A stretch of DNA of 64,000 nt from Anthoceros angustus (Eukaryota > Plantae > Anthocerotophyta): positions 1,885,478 to 1,949,477 of the forward strand of contig MU008158.1 of NCBI GenBank assembly GCA_010909165.1. The letters run 5' to 3'. Below, in pieces: positions 1 through 12,254 of this stretch. A program made the position numbers and the translations under genes. The notes beneath the pieces are model-generated. The model was given only the letters and a program-made list of their open reading frames with translations. It had not been told where the DNA came from and made no database searches. Each line of letters starts with the position of its first letter. Position 1 is the stretch's first letter.

Positions 1-787
1 AGCCCACCTCAAGCCTCGCAACCCCGGATGGTGTAATGGATGCGATGAATCAGCGACGGCCGACATATCTGGCGGGAGGACTCGAGTCAGCGAGGAATGA
101 TCGGAATATGTGCCTTGTTCCGAACGGGTTTGCAAGGTGCCTTGTCCACGCCCACTGGAGGAAGCAACTTTTGTTCATTTTGTATGTTCGCGATCCCCGT
201 CGGCAAATGACTAGTCCTCTAAGGCCGCATGCGCTTAAACTGCTTTGAAGAAGTGAGTCCTGTTGGCATCGAAAGTCATTCAACGCGCGCACACGCCCGC
301 TCGACAAGTCCTTCTGGGCGGACGTGCGCCGGCATGCCGCCGGATCGTTTCTTCCGCTCGTCCTTTTAACCCTATCGTTGTTCAAAACCTCGTCCACCAT
401 GTGCATATATGGGTGTATAGCAAGAGAGTATACATATGTGTACGCATTCCTCCAAAGGGGCCCTGTGGGTCGCTCGGTCATTAACGGATCCTAATCGTAT
501 CGCATGGTCTAAGGACATGGGCATCGTTTCTAGCAAAAACAATGCTCGTGCGATTAGGCGCTTCCCTTCTGTGCGTCATATAGCATGTATAGGCGGTCAC
601 GACACCCTTATTCATGCCATCTTCGTGTATGCTCAAATATGGCTGCCGATACCCATCGAAAACCACGTTGCCGTCAGATATTCAGGTGCCGCTTCATGTA
701 TATTCAGCCGCTTCAAATATTATGGTGTTGCTTTTTATCTTTTTCAACTTTTCACCTTTCTACCTTATTTCACCAGTGCCGTTACTC

Positions 788-3700
788 TCTCCCCCACTGG
801 GAAGATGTCATTGTCCTCAATGACCTCTAGTGTAACGCGAGATCATCCATGATCCTTGTTGCACATCTTCAAGTGAAACCCAGACAGGATCTGCATAACC
901 ACGAAGCCTTACCAGATACTCTGGTACATTACCACGGACAATAGGCGCTTCTCTCTCTGCCAGGAATTCAACAATCTCCCGCAGACCATGATTGTATTGA
1001 ACCAGGATGACATAATCCTTCCTGTTCATATCTTCATTCTCTTTCGAAATCACAAATGGTTTCAGCAAAGAGACATGAAAGGTGCATTAGTGAGTCCAAA
1101 TGGCATGACAAGGAACTCAAAAGATCCACACCTTGTTCTACAAGCAGTCTTGTATTCATGTCCTTCTACGATGCGAATCTGGTAATAGCCTGCCATTAGA
1201 TCCAGCTTGGTGAAATACTTAGCACCTCTCAATCTGTCAAACAAGTCATCCATCCTTGGTAAAGGATAAGAATTCTTCATCATTATCCGATTGAGTGCTG
1301 TAATCCAAGCATAATCTCAATCCTCCATTCTTCTGCGTGAACAACAGGCGCACCAAATGGGGACTTTGAGATTCTCACATAGCCCTTGGCTGTTAGACAT
1401 CTGTCTCTTGCCTCTTGTAGCTCATCCTGCGATAATCTATATGGCGCTCTTAAAGGCGGTGTACTTCCTGGCTTGAGATCAATCTCATGATCTACAATTC
1501 TTGTAGGAGGTAAAGGAGGCAACTCATCGGCATCAAGTCCTTGAACTCATTCAAGAGCACTTCCTTGAATCACGCCCCGAGACTCCATCTCAAGACCATC
1601 TTCTAGTCCTTGCAAGACAAGTAAAAAGAGTTCCTCTCCATCCTTTACACAACATTTGAGCTCTTTCTTAGAGATGATATCATCAATGTTGTCTCCAAGC
1701 CTCGCTTGAGAACGCACAACTCACTTTGTGCTCTTCATCTCCTAAGATCTCGTATGGTGAGTCCACGCTCACACATACCTTGTTGGCCTTCATCCATTCT
1801 AAGCCCAAGATGATTTCATGATCATCCATATCTACAACCGTGAAGCTCACCGCCCATTCCAATTCCCTATCTCGCACTTTGCAATTCACCTTGTGTTGCA
1901 AAGATTCCTTTAGCTTGTTTCACTCTACATGGCTCGATGTACTAGCCCATGTCAAACCAAGCTTGCTTGCCTTGCTAGGAGAAATGAAATTATGTGTTGC
2001 CGCTAAGTCAAGCAACATCCTCGCTCGCCCATTTATACATCCATGTATGTACATGAGCTTCCACCCGCCTCCGAATAGTGCCCTCAAGACTGAGACTCAC
2101 CACATGCAACAACATGTGGCCGATCCCGCTATTTGGGATCCCTGATCCGCCACTCGTAATCCAAGCATAATCTCAATCCTCCATTCTTCTTGCGCGTGAA
2201 CAACGCGCAAATGGGGACTTTGAGATTCTCACATAGCCCTTGGCTAGCGGTTGAACATCTGTCTCTTGACTCTTGTAGCTCATCCTGCGATAATCTATAT
2301 GCGCTCTTGAAGGCGGTGTACTTCACGGCTTGAGATCAATCTCATGATCTACAATTCTTCTAGGAGGTAAAGGAGGCAACTCATCGGGCATCAAGTCCTT
2401 GAACTCATTCAAGGACTGCACTTCCTTGGAATCTTTGGCGCTCACGAGACTCCATCTCAAGACCATCTTCTAGTCCTTGCCAAGTAAAAAGTTCCTCTCC
2501 ATCCTTTACACAACATTTGAGCTCTTTCTTAGAGATGATATCATCAATGTTGTCTCCAAGCCTCTGCTTGAGGCGCACAACTCACTTTGTGCTCTTCATC
2601 TCCTAAGATCTATGGTTGAGTCCACGTTCACACATACCTTGTTGGCCTTCATCCATTCTAAGCCCAAGATGATTTCATGATCATCCATATCTACAAGAAG
2701 CTCAATTCCAATTCCCTATAGCGGCACTTCTTGCAATTCACCTTTGTGTTGCGGCATTCCTTTAGCTTGTTTCACTCTACATGGCTCGGATGTACTAGCC
2801 CATGTCAAACCAAGCTTGCTTGCCTTGCTAGGAGAAATGAAATTATGTGTTGTGCTAAGTCAAGCAACATCCTCGCTCTGCTCCATTATACATCCATGTA
2901 TGTACATGAGCTCTCCACCCGCCCTCCGAATAGTCTCCTCGGCACTGAGACTCACCACATGCGGCCTTGCAACATGTGGCCGATCCGTCATTTGGGATCC
3001 TCGGATCCGGCCACTTGTAATCCACGAGTCTTGGGTGGATCTCCTTCGCTACGCTTGAGAGTCTGTTCAGCATTCATTTGCATAATGTCCCGGCCTCCAC
3101 ATGAGTAGCATACTCCTTTTCGAGAACCCATACACTGCTCGAGCTCGCGCTCCGCGCTCCTCGATTTCTTCCATGAAATTTCCTCTGAATTGCCTCTGCA
3201 ATTCCATTTCCGCCTGTCCTTAGCGCTCCTCCGCACTACTAGAGCTTCCTCTAGTCCGCATACCACCACGGCCGCCTCAAATCTTCGGAGGAGTTGGATG
3301 TACTAGAATGGAAAGTATCTGGAATGGCATCCGTGAATGGCCTCGCCAATGTAGTTGGACTGTAACTCAATTGTTAGCAGCCCAATCCTTCAAACCAGCC
3401 ATGAAGCGATTTGTCATCTTCACTCATGGTAGTGCAAAGGTATCAATGCCTTCATCAAGGTACTTACATAATCTCGACACGCTTGCTTGATATTGTCAAG
3501 TCGCACTTAGACGCCAAGCATTCGCAGTTGAACCGCTTCTTGAGGGCTTCTTTGAAGGATGCCCCTGTGATGGTATGTGCTCTGCTACCCCGGCAACATT
3601 AGCACCATAACTTCGCCACTGCACCAAAGCATAGCCCTTTAAGAAATTGCCAACAAGCATTTCAAGTAGTACTCCTCAACACGATGAGGCGAGATAAGTC

Positions 3701-4634
3701 TCAATAGATCCAAGAATCAATGACTTGCATCTCTTTCTCCTCATACTTATCTCGTAGGGCTAGCTTCATGCTCGATTTTGGAGCCACTTTGAAGATGCTC
3801 ACGAATTCGCCGGAAGATTTCTTGTTCTTCCGTGATCTTCGCCTTGTTGAGTGGGCTGGATTCCGCTTTGTCTTCTTCCTTGAAGTCATTACATCAAGAC
3901 ACCGGAAGAACTTGATAAAGTACTTCCACCATCCGCTTCTTCAGCCCCTCCTTTCTCCGATGGCCTCAGCTCTCAGCGGCGCCTCACTTCCTCTTGTTCG
4001 ACGATGATGAATCTTCAAAGTGCTTGAGATGATGATCGGGAGACCGCCGCTTCACCTCTCCTTCTTCTCATTGACCATCTTGTGCACTCTAGTCACCGAG
4101 GAATGGACTACGCCCGATACCACTCAAGTAACACCCCTCACCCATCAAGAAGAGGCCAAGTCGCTTCCCGCCGTCTAGGACCTCGCCAATTCACTCCACA
4201 AGAGACTTGCACGATTCTCAACGCCTCAACCTCACAACAAAGACTAGGCTCCAAGTAGCTCTCCATCGACGACTGCAGCCACCTCGAGGTGCCGCTTTAT
4301 TGCAAGAATACAACGATGGAATCCATATCTACGCCCAACTGGCACGCCTCTTGATTCCATGACAAGCTCACTAGCTAGCTCTCCATGCCTCTCTCAACAC
4401 AGGCTTGCAACAAGACACTTGCTCGCTTCTCAAAGAGTGAGTCCCACTTGTTCCTCAAAGCCCTTGCTCTAGCTTATATATCCCGCACCGACCTTAACTA
4501 GGCAGCTGTTAAATCTAGGGACTTACGACCACTAATCACTAAGAGTCCTCTAGGCAGCTCTTCATTTGTGGTCAGAGTAATTCCTCTCTAACAAGAGATT
4601 GCATGAAGCATGCAACACATGCATCTTCTTAACA
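788..4634 (-). mobile_element. Ty3/gypsy chromovirus, internally deleted, 5' LTR present, 3' LTR missing
   Basis: On the - strand: LTR about 4127-4634 starting TGTTAAG; Met-type PBS (+ strand GATACCA 4116-4122); degenerate gag with Zn knuckle (CYSCGG, about 3100); protease; RT start ([28 protein letters not shown]...[10 protein letters not shown], 1062-1283) joined directly to a chromodomain-like integrase tail (EIVEFLAERE..PEYLVRLRGYADPVWVSLEDV, 817-1068); PPT at 787-798. Confidence 0.85.
1301..3020. repeat. Tandem duplication (about 850 bp unit) of the protease/RT-start region
   Basis: 1301-2155 and 2156-3020 align end to end (both begin TAATCCAAGCATAATCTCAATCC) and differ by many small indels. 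Confidence 0.85.
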
Positions 4635-5646
4635 GGCCAGCTACTAACTTAGCTTTTTATCTTTTTCAACTTTTCACCTTTCTACCTTATTTCATCAGTG
4701 CCGTTACTCAAACTCCCTCAATGTCTCGCATTGGAGAGCGCTGAAGAAACACTCGAGGGCGTCGGAATAATGTATACCTTCCCACATTTATACCATGCAC
4801 ATAAACCAAATCCGTCAATCAGATGGTTTATTACCGGAGTCGGAATAATGTACCACGAAGTAACGAAACTCTTCTGTATATGTACTAGGTGGCTATGAAA
4901 AGTTGGCGCGATAAATTTTTATCGTCTAGTACATTTCCAAGACTGAGCCGGAAGAAGCATGCCCAACCGGCCTGAATCGCAAAACTAAGCAAAAGCTAGA
5001 AAACTACCCACTACCTGCTCCACAAGCACTGAGGGCTAATTCAAACAGAAGCAATTTTGTAGGTGACAGGGAGGCTGCGAGACCCCTTGCATGACGACCC
5101 TAGACGATTATTGGATCGTCAGGGACGTCTGCTGTGCCGGTTATCACCAGCACAATAGCAGGCTGCATTGCTGTAACATCCTCCGATATCCCGTGACAAC
5201 TGCTGAATTCAACCTCACCCTGGGTTGCACCCCCAGATTACAAAACGTGGCAAACCATCTGGAGAGGACCTGTGCCACACATTTTTGGTTTGTTAACAAC
5301 CCAAATCTACTCAAGCCAACGACAAGAGCAAGAACTTTAAGACTGTGGCTGCTGCACTGACTTACCAGCTCAGAAGGTGATAACAGCATTCAGAAGCAGC
5401 GCCCCAACTCCTCATTCGTCCATGTTAATCGCATCTCCTGTCAATCTGCTGCTTCTTTTGGTGCATACGATTCACATAGGCAGCAGATACACACACTCTC
5501 ATTTGTACCAACTTTCATCTCCTTAGCTGTACACGCATCATGACTTTTGAGAGTACAACAACATGAAAGCATCCGCTTCAATCGCCATAGCTTCATAGGT
5601 TGTTGTGGAGAAAAGCCGTTAGGCTGCATCAAACTCCTGCTTCAAA

Positions 5647-8600
5647 TCACCGCCTGCGCCCATATCCAGCTGCTACAGGTCGTCTTTGCCGAGGACCTAG
5701 TCGACTGCCACTGTCCCATCCAGCACGTACACCAGAACCACGACCAACTGCACTTGCAGCAGAAGGAACTGACCAATTCATCGGTTGTGGTGCTGCTCCT
5801 GCTCGATCTTCCTCTTCCCTCTCGTTGTACTCTAGAACCAGACGTTTGATGTCCTGTTTTTCCTCAAGCTCAGCAGCTTCTTTCTGCTTGGTACTCTGGA
5901 CCAGAGAGCAGTCACGTGGTATATGAAGGTGCTTGGTTTGCTGCTTGTTGCCCTTTTTCACAAGCACACGAAAAGACACATTGTTCCCCTCTCCTCCATC
6001 GTCGGTCACCTCATCACCACTTTCTGCCTCTGAAATGCGACTGTGATCCTTGCTGCCCTCAAACAAATTCATGGGGATCATCATATTCAAAGTGGGGCGA
6101 GCTCGCAACTCCAGCTTCCGAGACTCCAGAGACTCTTGCATGAGAGCCCGAAAATCTCTTTCAAATTCGGCTTCTTCAACAGGATCAGCTTCAATCACCT
6201 TTTTCTGCTTTACTTTCACATGATCATCTTCCTCAGATCCCTCAGCTTCTGCACCATTCTCCTCCTCCTCTTCCTCATCTGCGTCTTCCCCTTGATCAAC
6301 ATACTTGTCCTCCTCAAGTTCTTCCTCCTCCTCCTGACCATCTAGCTCCATACTTCCACTCTCAGTTTCAGATTCGCTGTCTCCCTCATCCACATTACCA
6401 ACACCATTTTCTTCACGTCCATTTTGTATCACTTGATGCTCTACCATGAGGTTCGTGACACCATTTGAGTCATTGGATAACTCTGTTGTCGACAGGTGAT
6501 CATCAGCCCCCATATGTTTCCCACCTCCCACCGTGTCAGAGGCCTTGTTTTGTTCCTGTTCATCCAGGTCCAGCAGGGCTTGACTAGCCTCCTCAAATGT
6601 TGTGTAGCGTACCATTTTTGGACGCAACTCAGCAAAAAGATCCTGTACAAGCAACAGAATTTCTTCAGAAACAATATTCCTAGCAAAACATCTGAAAAGG
6701 AAGCTGTTTAGATGATGTCATGATGAACCTGCAAGTCGAATTCTATGTCCAATGGGATGACACCTTTACTCAAAACATATCTTTGGAAGTAAAGCAAATA
6801 ACGATCCAGCCTTCGCTTTGAAGTGCCCCGATCAAAAAATTGACCACATGTTTCCAGAAGAGTGATGATCATTCGGAGTCGAAAGCAATCCTCCGGGGGA
6901 TCTAAAACATCTTGCTGCAGAGAAGTGAAACGCAAAAGTTACAAGGGCAACAGTCAGACTCTACAAGTATTCTCAATCCATGACAAGAGAGATGGAAGCA
7001 TGAATGGTATATTTGCTAGATGTTCCTTTACTGCATACCAAAGGCTGTCCAAAGCCACTTCCAATGTACCTCAGGTGTGCCATAGCCAAAGTGAATAATT
7101 AGATACAAAGTATCAAAAATGACATGTGAATCGACGAGACGGTAGCTGTATAACTCTCCCAGAAATTGCATGTAAGCAATGCGGCGTTGCTGCATTCCAT
7201 ATTCATTCATCTCCAGACCCACTCGGATCTCCTCCAAAACCTGGACCAAGCAGAGACCATTCGGACTGTGATCAAGCAAGAGCAGTTAAGACAGAGTCAT
7301 AGACCATACCGTTGTCTCTTGCTGTGGGCTTGCTGATAGCCTATGAGCATACCTCATCAACCACTGCAATTGCGAATGCTTCATGATAGCGGATCAAGCC
7401 CGCAGTCAGAGATGCAATTAAGTGGACGTGGCTGTATTTGCCCTTGTGGACCTTCATAAAACACTTCAACAGGTATGGTTGACACTCATTCCAAGGGAGC
7501 TTGCGCAGTTGTCGTAACACACGCACTATGGAGGACTTGTCCAGTTCCGAAAAGAGAAGCTTCCTTATGTACTGCATAATATCAAGTAAGGCATAACACA
7601 ATGTGTGTCATCATCAAGAATCAAACAATCTAAAAGCTTAACAGTTTGACAACCTTTTGAAACAAGGGAAGCTAGACATACTATCCACACACCTGATGCA
7701 GAGGCGGACGAACTTTTGACACCCTGGCTGATCTTTCAGGAGGCTTGCACTGATAGTACGCATTTTCCACAAGTGTACTGTGCCGAGCATCCAGGTTTTT
7801 CACATTTTTGAGACGCATAATAATCTCCAACATGTTCCCCATCCGCACGGATGTGTCTGGGGAGCGATACAAGAAGCGTCCACAAGTCTCCAGCAGGTTG
7901 CAAGCCACATCGATGCTATGATGACTAAAATCATCAAGGCAGGACTGCGGAAAATAAAAAATTTCTGAACTCAGTTGACTAAGATGCAGAAATTGAAATT
8001 GAACCCCTATGGCAAGAACAACCACATTGCTTACAATGAAAAATATAACATTCCCCACAGATATTACGCCTGAAAATAACCCTTTTGGAGTGGAACTCCA
8101 GAACGTTAACAACATAGGGAGAATCACAACAAACCTTTAAGCAGCTGAATATCAAGCTGGATGGAGCCACCCTGAACTTTGCTAACTCTCCAAGAAACCT
8201 TATGTTTCGAATTTTGGTCTCAATATTCATTTGGTCCTGCATATAGAGCATAGAAACGTCAGACCTGATGAAAATAAAACAGTATGATGTGGATTTCTGA
8301 CCTAAGAATGTTTGTGTGCTGCGCATACCTTTTTATTCATTAAGAAACAAAACTCCTCTTCGAGCAATTGCAATATCAATGGTGCAACATCCTTCATACA
8401 TGTTGCAAGAGTGGCAATCATCCTAGAATAATGTGGAAGCAACTCAAGAGATGTTCGTGGTACGTTGAACAGTGTTCTTATGAGTTTCTTGCGATTGCTT
8501 TTAGAGTTCAGATAGCAAAAGTCAACCTAGGGGGTCAACAAACGGAATGCACAGGTATTAGCATCTTCTGGCTGCAGACATTGGCAACTGATAAACGTAA

Positions 8601-10675
8601 ATTGACTGTTACAAGACCTTCACGACCTGAAGTACTCAATGGTTCAAGAAGGAGCATTACCGTCAACTGATCGATCAAGTCCCGGCTCACACAGCCTGGA
8701 AGACGTTGGAGTAGGCTCTCTAAACTTGCACCCTCTGCTCCCTTGACCTTATCCTTCTCACTATCCTTATCCATCTTCTTGTCAGCTTCCTTCTTATCTG
8801 GTTCCTTGGCCCTGTCCTTTTCCTTCTCTTCCTTTTGCTTCATCTTGTCAGAACTTGATGGAGATAAGTCGTCAGGAGCATTGTCTACTAGTACCTGATC
8901 ACTCTCAGGTGCAACCTCTCGAGCTTCAGGCAAAGCAAGGGCTTGCTCCATTTCATCTCGAGCATCCTGTGCCCAAAAGCAAGATGGTTAGTCGACTGCC
9001 CACATACTCTAAACTGCTGTGAAAGAATCCAGTTTTCATACAGGTTGTTCAGATCCTTTTGATGTTGACTGTGAGCCGGCATGCTCCCCCGTCTTCGGCT
9101 CTGCCTCGCCCAGCAGCACAGCTGGCACAAATGCTCTGCAACAACAACCATCATGTTAGAAAATAAGCCCTAGATATGACCAGGCACAAGGACAAGCGAC
9201 AATGATGATTGAGATTTGCAGGTATCCCAAGCACCGGAGATCAGGTAGAGATTCATAGAATGACTTTGTGTCTTCATCATCCCAGATTGGCTCATGCACC
9301 ACCGAATCCTTTCCAGCCAGAGAAGTTGTGCCATCATCTGCACTGGTAACCCTTGTTGTGTGTCCGTCTTCTGGCATCACAGGAGGTTGTGTGTCCATAG
9401 CTTCTGCCAGCCTGGACCAAGTCAGGTCAAGACATAACATTAAGACAAGGTGCAGCTGCAGACTTCTGCTTTATAACCTGACAGAACCAGACAATATGCA
9501 TGAAAGTGTGCATTACAAGACTGCTGACAAATAAACGGAACATAAACATACGATGATACATTGCGAAGGAGTGTCTCATATGACTTCCGCAATTTCTCAT
9601 ACGCTGCTCCATTTTCCTCAGTCAATTCTCCTCTTGCATTAAGCATCCGGGCATTCTCATATTCGAGCTGACGTAGGGCCTATACACCCAACTCACAAGT
9701 ATTACTCACATGCCAGCTTTATCCAAATAACAGGAATCCAATTCAAGAAGACAGGCGGCCGAAGTTTGAACGTACAGAATGTTCTGACTGCAGGATATCA
9801 ACTACGGAATCAAAAAACGTCTGAATCATTTTCCGCAGTGCCCTTTTCTGATCCGCAGTAACACTGAGCTCTCTGAACAGCTGTGCGATTCAAGGTACAA
9901 AAGTTCAGTGTTTCTGAGATTGACTGCTTAGAGCGACTGGCTATACTGAAAAAGTAGAGTCTCCCGGTCTTTGATGAGTACCTCTTCATCTCCATCTTGT
10001 GCAGTTAGCGGAAGCCCAAGGAAAACCCTTCCTTGCCGTGCAAAACTGACAAGCAGCGACAAATTCGTCTGAGTCGTCTCCCTGTCCTTTAAACAGTCTG
10101 TGGCAGTAAGATCCTTGATGATCGTGACAAAGTGCCCTGCATCTTCTAGCACACCACAATAATACAGCTCCATCATTAGCCTCAGTGTACTTCTCTTTCT
10201 CATGGCACGTGAACTTCGATCACCGTCCACGTCTTCAACACCTTTGACAGGGAAAAAGGTCTTCACAAGGCCTTGGATGAGGTTCGGGGCAAAATCCTTG
10301 TACCGTTGATGCAAAAGAGAACAGACCTGCAGTGAGCAGTGAGCAGTGAGCATGTAGCTTGTCATCCCCGTGAAGACACATGGTTGAAGAACACGCGGTC
10401 ACTAGCCAAATCACCTGAACGGCAGCATCAATATCTGAACTTTTCAACTTGGAGTCACATATAGCTGAGACTGCTTCGCTGACAAATTTGCTCATATTCA
10501 AACTGCGCAAGTCCTCCAACAACCCTTCACGTTGCTCCTCGGTTATCTGTTTCAACTTTTTAATGACCGCCGTGTTCCGCTTGATGCTGGAGTCCAGAGA
10601 CCTCAAGTTGCCAGGTCTTTCGGGGGCCAAATTGGCCTGCCTCAGAGCTCGCATAGCCTGAGCGGATATCTTCAT
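5647..10675 (-). CDS. UPF2: Nonsense-mediated decay factor UPF2 (MIF4G domains plus acidic C-terminus), multi-exon
   Basis: Exon peptides match plant UPF2: LRQANLAPERP..LDSSIKRNTAVIKKLK, CSLLHQRY, LPGCVSRDLIDQL, DQMNIETKIRNIRFLGELAKF, LLETCGRFLYRSP, LRQLRKLPW, FLGELYSY, PPEDCFRLRMIITLLETCG, MQESLESRKLELRARP, LVKKGNKQQTK. GT-AG introns of about 90-150 bp. Start codon is uncertain and an upstream exon is possible. Confidence 0.93.
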
Positions 10676-11234
10676 GGTGAGTTTAGTCTCGCCACCCTGC
10701 AAGAAGGCGGGAGAGTTAGCACCGAAAACCCTTCACCTGAAGCCTTCACAGCAGGGACCCATACCTTAGTATCAAATTCTAGAGATCAATGGGAAACCCC
10801 GCCGGGACAACATCCAACGAAACCCGTTTTCACCAACTGCCCGACCTCGGTCTTCCAAAGACGCCAACTCCACTGACCCGGTTGGCGACGACACAACATG
10901 CTTGCATCCGTGCGCAAGTTTCGGTGCCCATGTGCGCATGTAGGTAGTAGAGGTGTCCCCACGTTACCAATTATTTAAATTTCACTCTAGGCTGTTCCCC
11001 TGCAATATGCATCTTTTTACGGTTCATGTCTGCATATAAAGTGCTAAATATTTGTACAACTCTACCAAGGTAGTAAGAAATTTCTGAAATCAGTAAAAAC
11101 TTTTATAATATAATAAGATTTTTTCATAAGAAATAACTAACAAGAACAAAGCCCTCCAAGGTTCCTTGGCTCCCAAGGTCCCCAAGGCCTTCAAAGCGAA
11201 TAATCTATAGCTACCCACCAATGAGAAAATTTTG

Positions 11235-11726
11235 AGATTATGTCTCATCATCGTTGTTGCTGTCCATACTGCTACCACACTGCATGCTCTACCATACGTT
11301 CAAGCTTGCTATTTCGAACGAAGCCATGCTCCTTACACTGTTGTTGATACCAAAAGTGCACATCTGTCGTGCGAAAAACAACTTCGAGCTAACTGCCTGC
11401 ACTGCAATATCCACACCACGCTCAGCTGCCGTCATGAGCCGGCTTGGAAAGAGTCAGCAATCCGTCACACACGCATATTGCACACACAACACACTTTATT
11501 GCCTTGGACCCAAACCGGTTTGGTTGTACAAGATGAACCTCAGCCTTTTCAAGGCAGGCTCGGCGTCGTGTCGTCCTCGTCACGCATGCCGTTTTCCTAC
11601 CTGCTACTTGCTGCCCGCATGAAGCTTATGGCTATGACCTATTTCCTGCACATACGGCTATGATGCCAAGACATCGATTACACAAATACCTAATTAAGGA
11701 TGAGTAAGGTTCTATGACAACTCATG
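11235..11726 (-). repeat. 3' LTR (probably truncated) of the DNMT-bearing gypsy element
   Basis: Aligns with 26110-26604; no matching TSD found on the left side. Confidence 0.65.
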
Positions 11727-12254
11727 GCCGGTAGATGCGAGTGCCATGGCGTCATGAATACCACAAAAACTAGTTACTACAAGCTAGCAAGAATGCTGCA
11801 AACCAAAAGCAGACTACACACACTTGCATAAGTGACCTGACTTCCCCCTATGGGCGAGAGACCCACGAGTGACGGTCAAGCAAAACAAACAAAAGCCAGC
11901 TGCCACACAATCTGAGTTGAGCACCGTCGGTGATGACGTCTGGAACCTAAAACAATATGGTGACAATGACCAAGCTGCAGAGATTAACACCTTGACGTCG
12001 AACAAGTTGAGCAATACCAAGCTAGCATGGAACTTGGTTAAGGGAGGCGCAAATGTAGAAGAGATGAAAGCCTCCTGTTGCAATGGTCACGTAGCATCTT
12101 CATCGTCCACACGTACGCAAATCTCATGCTAAATCGAGGCGGTCGCCACATGGTGGGGCGAATCTGGATCTAAATTAGGCGGATAAAGGTGCCAAATTCT
12201 TCAAATGCTCATGCCATGTCGTCCCAGACCTCTAACTCCACAACGCGAATCACG

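Larger units (their letters stand above)
730..4709. repeat. 58-bp direct repeat flanking the chromovirus (730-787 and 4652-4709)
   Basis: GCTTTTTATCTTTTTCAACTTTTCACCTTTCTACCTTATTTCA(C/T)CAGTGCCGTTACTC occurs twice with one mismatch. Confidence 0.9.

Noticed and set aside
1-729. Faint resemblance of - strand frames (SDGNVVF, MNKG, EGKRLIARALFLL..GSVND) to a nucleotide-diphospho-sugar transferase pseudogene
   Set aside because: The motifs lie in different frames with stops; too weak to call without a profile search.
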